Positions 1 through 10,184 of a stretch of DNA of 64,000 nt are shown in pieces. Origin of the DNA: Podarcis filfolensis (taxonomy: Eukaryota); NCBI GenBank assembly GCA_964270895.1, contig OZ185437.1; one strand, given 5' to 3'. Position numbers and translations under genes: made by a program. Numbering within the stretch: the first letter of the stretch is position 1; each line of letters opens with the position of its first letter. Under the pieces are notes generated by a model. That model worked only from the letters and a program-made list of their open reading frames with translations, was not told the origin of the DNA and made no database searches.

Positions 1-3000
1 AGAGTACTGTACTAAAATTAACCCATCACCAGGAAACATGCATCTCTAGTTTCTAGGCAAAAAAGGAAGCGCAAACTATAGAAATTTCAAGGAGTACAAA
101 ATGAGACAGAAGCAGGAAAAGTGCATTAAGGACAAAGTGAAAAGAGTGGATCCTAAGGACCCAGGGATCTCTATCACCTGGCATTCAAACTCCTTAATAA
201 CCTCTCTGACTTCACTTATTGTCTTAAACACTGAAAGATGGGAGCAGCCAGGTTGGCTCATATCACATAAATTGCTTAGAAGGGTGCCTGCAGAATTTGC
301 TTCATAACTTTCCAGCAGGGATCAATTGTACCTTTCCCCCCCAAAAAAAGACAACTCAGACTAGCTTGTGTTCCCACTTCTGAACGTTCACAAATGTTAA
401 TGGCATAGGAGTTCTCTCCTTGAATGCAAGACTAGAGAATCATTTTTTGTCTGTCACGGTCACATTCCCACAAAGATAATCTTTGTGATGGTGAGTGGCA
501 CCAAAGCCAGTGGTGGAAAGTTTGCAGTGTTATAGAGTGTTGTGTGTTTGTTTTTGCCCTAATCCCTCCACCTCATTTTCTCCCTTGCCACAAGTCTGAG
601 CTGATTACTTGCAGAGGATTTCCCCTCCTCCTTTCCTCCCACTTTTGCTCCCTCGCTCTTTCCCCACTGTGGGCCCCCCCCCAGCCTACATGAAGGAGGG
701 CTGGCGTTTGTGTTTCTTAGGGTTCATTCTTGCTCCTCAAGAAAGCTTGCATTCCTTAGACCAGGAAAATAAAAAGTCACCCAGATACTTTCTCTCTCAG
801 TTTAGAGTATTATTAAAACTGGGGACATCAGTAGTAGCCTAAAATCACAAGCCTTACATGGTTTATTATAACCAGCAAATTTGTATTAACCGTTTAAAGA
901 AAGTACAGTATTGCAACAAGTGATACATACCCATCGAGGCAAGCAGTTTCAGGAATTTCCAACCAGGTACTTTAACAGTGTATTATTTATTCTAAAATCT
1001 ATTTACTGTCACAAAGGTGGTGTGCAAGTCCAGGCCAATTCTTATTACTAACATTGATTCAATAGAAAAGGTGACTCTGTAATTTTTTTAAAAAACCTGT
1101 AAAGGTATCTATACTGAACCTTTGCCACAACGCACAGAAACATCAAAGTGTGCCACAAGCTATGATTTCAAAGCTACATTATGACAAACACATTTAAACT
1201 GTAGATATGACAAAGATAAATTTAGAATTGGACCAATAATACCACAGAAGATCTAGACATTGTTTCAAAGTACAGTAGATTCCTCCTGAGAGAACTCACC
1301 CTCCCCAGTGTTGGTCCCGCTTGAAGACATCAGCAGAGAAGCCGCCAAGAGGGCAGAGAAGGGCATGTTGCAAGATGCCATCACAACCGAAGTTTCCTCA
1401 AAGAGCACCAGCCAGGAACTTGAACAGAGACTTCCCGCCCTTTCAACTTTGTCTCTTGGATGAGGGTTTGGATGAGGGTGTGGTGTAAATGGTTCCTCAC
1501 AGCTTTTACCCTGTGGTGTCCCCCCCTCCCTTTCTAAACTTGAATGCCTCCTGCCTGAAGACGCAAGGGCGTTCTGGGTCCAACAATAGGATTCCACAGA
1601 GATAGCCACTGGAGACCATGATTACTCACGCCAAAGTCACCACCTATTTTAGAGCTGAATTCTCCCCAAGAAGAAAACCCTTCCCCCCACCTCACATTTT
1701 TGTCTTTACTATAGCAGCCGCTTAGCACATCCTTTATCTGGGAGGAGGAGGAGGACCTCCCTCAACTCCCTTTGGGATTCTCCCTCTGGGTGTTTTATAT
1801 GCTTCCATTCTGCTCTGCAGAAGGGCAGTAAATGATTTACAGCTCCTTGTTTATTTATGCATTCATTTACGTTGTTGTTGTTTCTTGGGAATAAAGGCAC
1901 AAAATAACAGAAGACACTAACACCATCACCACAGAAGACAAAGCATGAATTGGAAATAATGTCCTAATTTTCTCGATGGGCAATGTAAATAAATAAATGC
2001 CTTTCTAAAAGAGGCGAGACTTTTCTCAGAGGAAAAAAGCAGCATCACTTTCAAAATGATGCTATTAACCTGAAAGAATGTGTACTTCTCTCAAGTCACT
2101 GTTTTCCATTATTTTCAGGCAATGACCCCAACCATTTCTATGGGAAGAATTTCAGCGGGAAATACAGCGGCTATAGCTGTCTGTAGAATATGAGGGAGAC
2201 AAACCTAAAGTTTTAACGGGCCCAATATAATGTTGGATTGTCAAGAGTTGCCAAGCTGCTTTTTGAATTGTCTGTTGCAGCCCATGGAATTGTATTGGAT
2301 CTAACAACTGTTGGTGTTTTATGTTAATGAGTTTTAGAGGGCAGGTGTTCACCCACAGCAGTAGTATGAGGTAAAAGGATTTTGGAAGATTATCAGTAGA
2401 GAATGATGCCAAAATATCATTCAGGATCCAAATGATGGTGAAACAAGTTCCGAGAGACCCTAGATTCTCACACCCAATTCTGCAAATCAAACTGCTTTTG
2501 AATCTGAGTTTTCAGAAGATGCTTGCAATTTAATGTTTGGAAAGGAGGTGACCAGTTGTTCAAAAGAGAGGGGGGAAATCCACAGTTAGTGCAACTCAGA
2601 ATGTTAAAAAAAAAAATCAATGTCAGTTGGACCACTCAAGGGCAAGTAATACACTAATAATTTTATTGAGTACATAGTTATGTGTAATGCTTTAGCGCTG
2701 AATGCTGTAGGAATAGCAATAAAGGTTGCAACCCCATAAACACTTATTTTGGACTAAGCTCCCTTGACCTCAGTGGTGCTTACTTCTGAGTAAACATGAA
2801 GATTAGGGTTTAAAGCAAATAAAGAAGATTTAGCAAGAAAATCCACTACCATTAGTTGATCAAATTTTGGATTAATTCAGTGGGAACATTCCTCCCAATA
2901 CAAATAGCAGCAATGGAAGGAGGAGAATCATGGTGAGATCATGGTGGCAGCGTGCGTGTGAGAGTATGTAATTAATGTATTTGTATTTAATGTCACATTG

Positions 3001-4057
3001 ATAGTTTGGCCCTTTTACTGCTAGTCTTGGGTTCAAGACTAAACATGTGCAGTTAACAATTTCTTGCGCTCCCTGCATCTCATTGGTACTCAAATACGGC
3101 AAATTATTAGCTTTCTCTGACCGTAGTCTTTACTTGCAGGCACAACATACTCTTAATTCAACTGGGAAAAGGAAGAATTAAAAGCCTTGTTTGTGTTTTA
3201 ATCTAGGCAAACTTCCTCCTTTTGTCAGCAGGAGGAATCCCTCAGTTAACCTAGCCAGGAATGGCAACTCCAGACATTACGATCACAGTAACTAGGTTAC
3301 AAAGTTAGTAACAGAAAGGCTATTCCCAGGAGCAATGGTTCCAAACTGAACTCTGGAACCACTTTCATTATAGAACTCTAAGGAATGTAAATCTTCAAAC
3401 TTTCAAACCCTCTCCTTTCTTCAGTGTACTATATAATTTAAACTCAGCAATGGACCAAATTAAATATGATGCTTTGGATGCTCCAAACAAAAGAGCTAGC
3501 ATTCAACCTGGGTCCATTAGTGGTTTATAAGATAAGCCACCTCTTTCTTGATTATATTGACTGATGGGAAAGATGAGGCATCTTCACAGTCAACAGTCTG
3601 CCTGACACTTTAATGTGAACACATATGTTTAGGTTTATTCGATTTCTTAGGCACCCTTTTTTGAAAAAAAAAGGGGAAAAGATTCAAGGCATGTTACAGT
3701 AAATAAAATACATGAAAGTAAAAACAAGAACAGTACAACACCCAGAACGTACGAAAACCACACTATCTCCCCATCCCCAAGTGAGAAATTACCGGGAATA
3801 ATCCAGTCAGAGTTCTGGATTGCTGCCTAAAACATTTTAAAACTGGCTTATGTTATGGCTCAAGGAGGATAAAAATAACTTGCTTAGATTGTCACTTGTC
3901 TGAAGTATGACCTTGCCTACAAAGGTAGGCAGGGCCCAATGAAAGACTGAACAGAAATCAGTGGTGTTTCCATCTTACAGCAGTGGACAAAATTGTGACC
4001 CACAACAATTTATTCCAAATCCTCAACAAATCACGCATGAAGAAGCCATTTCAGGTT

Positions 4058-4790
4058 CATGAGGACCAGGTGTGCAACCTGGGGGTCATTTTGGATTCAC
4101 AGCTGCCCATGGAGGCACAGGTTAATTCCGTGTCCAGGGCAGCTGTCTACCAGCTCTACCTGTTACACAGGCTGAGACCCTACCTGCCTGCGCACTGTCA
4201 TGCCAGAGTGGTGCATGCTCAGGTTATCTCCCGCTTGGACTACTGCAATGCGCTCTATGTGAGGCTATCTTTGAAGGTGACTCGGAAACTACAACTAATC
4301 CAGAATATGGCAGCTAGACTGGTGACTGGGAGCAGCCACTAGGACCATATAACACCAGTCCTAAAGGATCTACGCTGGCTTCCGGCACATTTCCAAGCAC
4401 AATTCAAAGTGTTGGCACTGACCTTTAAAGCCCCAAATGACCTTGGTTATGTATACCCAAATGAGCACGCTCACCCCCATCATTCAGCCCGGACACTGAG
4501 GTCCAGCTTCAAGGGCCTTCTGGCAGTTTCCTCATTGCAAGAAGTGAGGTTACAGGGAACCGGGCAGCGGGCCCCTGGTAGTGGGCTCATACTGTGGAAC
4601 ACCTTCTCATCAAATGTTTAGATAAATAACTATACAACTTGTAGAAGACATCTGAAGGCAGCCCTGTATAGGGAAGCTTTTTATGTTTGATGTATCTGTT
4701 TTCATATCTGTTGGAAGCTGCCCAGAGTGGCTGGGGCAACTCAGTCAAATGGGTATAGTACAAATAATAAAATTATTATCATTATTATTA
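4058..4790 (+). mobile_element. L2-type LINE 3' fragment (degraded RT C-terminus + tail)
   Basis: NLGVILDSQL...SRLDYCNALY...LQLIQNMAARLVTG followed by stops, then an (ATT)n-like tail at ~4765-4790. Confidence 0.85.
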
Positions 4791-6633
4791 GGGAAACCTC
4801 TATTGACCGTTGAAAGCACAAGTTCTGTTAGAGTATAATTTCTACAGTACATACTCCGATTGTGAATTTCTAAAACAAGCAGTTTTGTTACTAATCTTCC
4901 TGCTTGATAAGCAGTATTATTATTTTGGAAACAACACTCTTATTAAAGCACAAAAGGGGGTATGAAATTGTTTTCTGAAATGGTTGTGTTTGCTCCTTAA
5001 TTCACTGTGGGTATCATCTGCTGTATCACACAAGTATTTTTAAAAGATGGATACAGTATTCAGCTGAAAGGCTCTTTGACCCAGTGAAGCTTTTTAGCAG
5101 AACAGGGATCATAGGGATTTCTTCTTCCCCTGCCTGCCCCTTTAGAACAGCGTGAGGAGCTGCAGGAGAGAGCGGGAAATCACCAATCATTGCCTGCATA
5201 CTTGCTCCACTGAATCAATAGCCTCTTGTCAGAGGACCCCCAAATCGATATATTCAGATCCCTTTCCCCCTTATAAGCATGTGACTTGATTTCTTGTGAT
5301 GTATGCAATTGCAGCTGTGATGCTGTGAAACAGGGTACCTTCATTTTGAGAGGCAGGTTTTGTTCAAGTCACCACTTCAACAATGGAATTTCTTGTTTTA
5401 ATGAGAAACAAATGCAATTACCATGGTTAATTACCCTTGTTTAATTTGGGAAGCCGCAGGCAAGTAAATTATTATATTTAAAACTCCAATTCTCATTCAA
5501 ACTGCGGGTTCCTGTTTCATGGGGCTGCAGAACTTGTGAAGCAGTGCGGATGGGTATTATAGGTGTGATAAACAGGAACATTTTCCATGCACCTAGGCCA
5601 ACGAGAGTAGCCAGTTGGCATTTTTCACCATACTGAAGCTCGGTCAGCTTTTAAAAGGACAGAAATTCCCAGAATAGTGTTGCTGAGTGAATAACTTCTC
5701 AAAAGTGGCTTGGCTTTCCTACAATGTTAGTTCTAAAACACACTTTTCATTGCAGCCAATTTATAGATTGTGACTCATCTGCCCTAATGTCATTGACCAG
5801 ACACAATCTTTGTCAGACTGAGCAAACGAGGGGGGTTGGGAGCAAGCAAGTAATTTCCTTGGCTTCCTTTTTCTCCCAGCGTGGGATCTTTTTTTCAAGC
5901 CTACGTTTATAGTACATGACCATTCTCGTAAACAACTTTTATGTTCCAGGCAACCAAAAAAGGAAGAAAAAGGCTGGTTGTACCAACGGATGCTTTGCAG
6001 GCCAAGTCCAGCTCCTTGAAACAGTTGAAACTCTTGTTGTGACTGAACCAGCAGCTTAGAGCTTAGACAAACACACACATGTATTGCTTATTTGTACTAT
6101 GTTTTAGCTCAGATTTTCTTTGCCTTATGAGTAACGATGTTAGAAAAAGTTGCTTAAACAGAAATAAACATGATCTTAAAAATCTGTAAAGAAGTCTAAA
6201 GCAGCTTAAAGATAGCTACATCCATCACCCCAATAAAGTGAGGCATCCATGTTTACATGCCATCCATGCACAAGCTTTAGCTCTAGCAACCTAAGGGAAA
6301 CTGCCAAGCCTCTGAGCCTCAGGGAGGACTAGCACTAAATCAAGGGCAACAATCATAAAACAACTCAGAATACATCCCCAAAGTCTGCTTTGGAAAGATT
6401 AAGTGGCATGGGATCTGCCAAATGGATTTATAATCCAGCGTTTTCGTCACAGAAAACCCATGCGTTACAGCACAATCCTTTACTTGTGTACTCAGAAGCC
6501 ATTGAGTTCAATGGGGCTTTCTCTTAGATAGGTATATGATTACATCCTTAAGTAACTTATCCCCATTTTACAAGGGAAGAATCACAATCTGCAATATTTA
6601 ATAAAATAATAAGATACTAAATACAGACAAATA

Positions 6634-7984
6634 CCGTATTTTTCGCACCATAGGACGCACTTTTTCCCCTCCAAAAATGAAGGGGAAATGTGTGTGCGTC
6701 CTATGGTGCGAATGCAGGCTTTCGCTGAAGCCTGGAGAGTGAGAGAGGTTGGTGCGCACCGACCCCTCACGCTCTCCAGGCTTCGCACACCTCTCTGCAA
6801 GCAGCGGGAGCCCAGCGCTGGGCTCCCGCTGCTTGCGGAGACTTGCCTGCATGCCGAAGCCTGTGCGCGCTGAACTCAGCGCGTCCAGGCTTCGCGGACC
6901 TCTCCGCAAGCAGTGAGAGCGCTCCCGCTGCTTGCGGAGAGTTGCCAGCATGCGGAAGCCTGCGCGCGCTGAGATCAGCGCGCCCAGGCTTCGCGGACCT
7001 CTCCGCAAACAGCGGGAGCGCTCCCGCTGCTTGCGGAGAGTTGCCTGCATGCCGAAGCCTGTGCGCGCTGAACTCAGCGCGTCCAGGCTTCGCGGACCTC
7101 TCCGCAAGCAGTGAGAGCGCTCCCGCTGCTTGCGGAGAGTTGCCAGCATGCGGAAGCCTGCGCGCGCTGAGATCAGCGCGCCCAGGCTTCGCGGACCTCT
7201 CCGCAAACAGCGGGAGCGCTCCCGCTGCTTGCGGAGAGTTGCCAGCATGCAGAAGCCTGCGCGCGCTGAGATCAGCGCGCCCAGGCTTCGCGGACCTCTC
7301 CGCAAACAGCGGGAGCGCTCCCGCTGCTTGCGGAGAGTTGCCAGCATGCCGAAGCCTGTGCGCGCTGAGATCAGCGCGCCCAGGCTTCGCGGACCTCTCC
7401 GCAAACAGCGGGAGCGGTCCCGCTGCTTGCGGAGAGTTGCCAGCATGCAGAAGCCTGCGCGCGCTGAGATCAGCGCGCCCAGGCTTCGCGGACCTCTCCG
7501 CAAACAGCGGGAGCGCTCCCGCTGCTTGCGGAGAGTTGCCAGCATGCCGAAGCCTGCGCGCGCTGAGATCAGCGCGCCCAGGCTTCGCGGACCTCTCCGC
7601 AAACAGCGGGAGCGCTCCCGCTGCTTGCGGAGAGTTGCCAGCATGCCGAAGCCTGCGCGCGCTGAGATCAGCGCGCCCAGGCTTCGCGGACCTCTCCGCA
7701 AACAGCGGGAGCGGTCCCGCTGCTTGCAGAGAGTTGCCAGCATGCCGAAGCCTGCGCGCGCCGAGATCAGCACGTCCAGGCTTCGCGGACCTCTCCGCAA
7801 GCAGTGGGAGCGCTCCCACGGCTTGCAGAGAGCTGCCTGTTTGGGGGCTGGGGTCGGGGGAAGCTCGAGCTTCCCCCGCCCCAGCCCCGCGCCTGGGGGG
7901 GAAATAATTTTCCCCCTTTATTTCCCCCCCAAAAAACTGGGTGCGCCCTATGGTCTGGTGCGCCCTATGGTGCGAAAAATACGG
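6634..7984. mobile_element. Non-autonomous TcMar/Tc2-like DNA transposon (MITE) with internal minisatellite
   Basis: 27-bp TIRs CCGTATTTTTCGCACCATAGG(A/G)CGCAC (26/27 identical), TA on both flanks (6632-33, 7985-86), subterminal GTGCG(C/T)CCTATGGT repeats; CCGTA termini typify Tc2/Kanga-like elements. Confidence 0.88.
6780..7837. repeat. 99-bp GC/CpG-rich tandem minisatellite, ~10.5 copies
   Basis: GCTTCGC unit starts at 6780, 6889, 6988, 7087, 7186, 7285, 7384, 7483, 7582, 7681, 7780; first unit is 109 bp. Confidence 0.97.
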
Positions 7985-10087
7985 TAACATCTGTAAATTT
8001 AAAAGAGCAGATCAATCACCAGAATCTATTCTACAGGGGTGGCTAACATAAGAGTAATCAAGATTCCTAAGCCTAACAGCTCCATACAAAAACAAACAAA
8101 CTCATATAGCTGATAAACACAGCACCCACCTCAATTATGTCTGTTCTGGGACCCTGCTCTCAATCTTTGGGCATTCCCAATAATCCCTGCTAACACTGTT
8201 TCTAGAGAAAGGGCATGGCTAAATGATGATTCATCTCCACTTTCCTAACAAACCCCAGTTCCATGGAACCAATGTTAAGAATTTTCAGGATAGGTTCATA
8301 TGCTATCACAGTATTCTGCGATGGTATGTTGGTTTTGGTTAGGTCAGGGGTGGAGAACCTTTTTTAGTTCAAGGACCACAATCACTTTGGGGTGGGGGGA
8401 AGGACATGAGAGTGATGAATGGGTCCAAATGCAAAAGTAGGTGTAGCAATGCATGCAAATTTTAACTTTGTGCAGTACACACACTCACACACCTCTTTCT
8501 ATCCTCCATCCACGGCAAGCAAAAGGCAGCTCAAAGATATGCATACCAGCAAGTAAAAACACTCAAGGGGTGTGGCCAGAATGTACTTGTGTTGTGTGGA
8601 GAGACCTTGAAGAGCCAGCCAATGAGACTTGGAGAGTTGTATTTGGTCCCCAGGACTGAAGTTAAGCGCTATTTGCAGGGAAATGAAGTTGGAATTGAGC
8701 CCTGTGTAAAAATATTATTCCTTCCACATGTGGGTTCCACTTCAACCATCTTTCTGCTTAATAAGAGACCTCCAAGGTAGCAAATGATGAGTAAAGATTA
8801 AGGACACACAAACACCTCCCACACACTCCAAAAGACAGTTGTGATTGATGGTAGCTCAGATGCTGCAGGAAGATGAGTATGCAAAATACCCATTTGAGAG
8901 GTGTACTTGAAAGTGATGGCCCAAGCAAGCCAGGAGGATGTTACTTCTAATATGCATTCCCATGTGAAGACATACTATGAAAAATTCCCTCTTAACAGGA
9001 GTATTTGTCTTCTCCACGAAGCTCTTATTGAATCTCAGTGTTTCAACAATTTAATTTTTCAGTGTTGAAAACACATCTGTTAGCATTAACATTTGCCCTG
9101 TGATGTAATTCTGATAAGCTGCTAAACTGATTAATAGATATCAAGTGAGCTACACAAGAGGAAGCTTTACCAGTTTAATAGGATACAAGAATCCAAAATT
9201 TAAACAAGAATGTAAGAATGTTTAAAAATCTATCAAACAGATGTTTTCAGCTATTATTTCAAGACAAAAGATCATACAAAAGACATAATTTATCAAGAGA
9301 AGAGCAGACATTAACAGCAAACATTTAAATATAAACAAGCAAATTATTTTCAGATTTCTATAACATAATATCACAGCATAAATAACTAGAAAATGATTAC
9401 AAATGCCAAAGTGGTGTCTAAAAATAAGTAGCTAGGATTAACTGGTAAAACTTGCATGATAATATGTCAGCACCGCTAGAAGCCCTTTCTGAAAAAAGAT
9501 TTGCTTACTCACTAACTTATTTTAGTAATTAATTCTAGGAATAAAATGAAGGCAAAAGAATTGCTTCATGATTTTCACACTCTTTTCTGCCATGCAAAGC
9601 TTTCTTTCCTCAATGTCTAGTCAAACACCTTGAGCAAACAAGTCTCATGTTGGTTTAGGAATGTCAGGGATAACTCAGATGTACATCAGAGTATGGATAC
9701 TATATACCCATACTCCTTGCTTTCAATGGCATGTGAATCCCCATCCATTTTCTGGCACAACTAGTCATACATTAAAAAAAGAAAATCACAAAACAAAAGC
9801 TGTACTGGGGTGTTCATGTTCTTTGGAAGTGCAAAGCTATACTTAATGTAGTGCTTGTGTAAAGTGCAAGTTTTCTTCTTAACAGAAATGTGCTGGAGAA
9901 ATCCACAACCACATAACTTAGTGGAAACTGTTAAAAAGACTTATCAGTTCATGGAAGCCTAATAAGGGTGGGTGTTTAGTGACATCTACAGGAACCTCTG
10001 AACAGTTAGCTATTTCTGTTGTGTTGCTTAGAAAACAAGTAGGTTATGGCCCTCTTCTGGTCTCAAAAGAGCATGAAATCCATTGCT

Positions 10088-10184
10088 TCATTCAAGTTCT
10101 TCAGTTTCTGCTGAGAAAAGGTCTGCGAGATCAGCTACTGTTAACACAGAGGCCTCCGACTGCTTCATGGAAGAACTAGAGTGG
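10088..10184 (-). CDS. SHPRH: SHPRH exon 30 (last coding exon, TGA at 10090-10088; 3' UTR continues leftwards, end not determined)
   Basis: [31 protein letters not shown]. Confidence 0.94.

Noticed and set aside
1-6600. FBXO30 5' end, expected next by mammalian synteny
   Set aside because: No CpG island or recognisable FBXO30 peptide in this interval; presumably left of the window.
6780-7837. CRISPR array or repeat-spacer system
   Set aside because: The segments between palindromes are near-identical in every unit (no unique spacers), there are no cas-like ORFs, and the context is vertebrate.
6598-7990. Annotating the 285-407-aa ORFs as genes
   Set aside because: They lie wholly within a tandem repeat inside TIRs, overlap on both strands and show no domain or splice structure; kept only as a finding.
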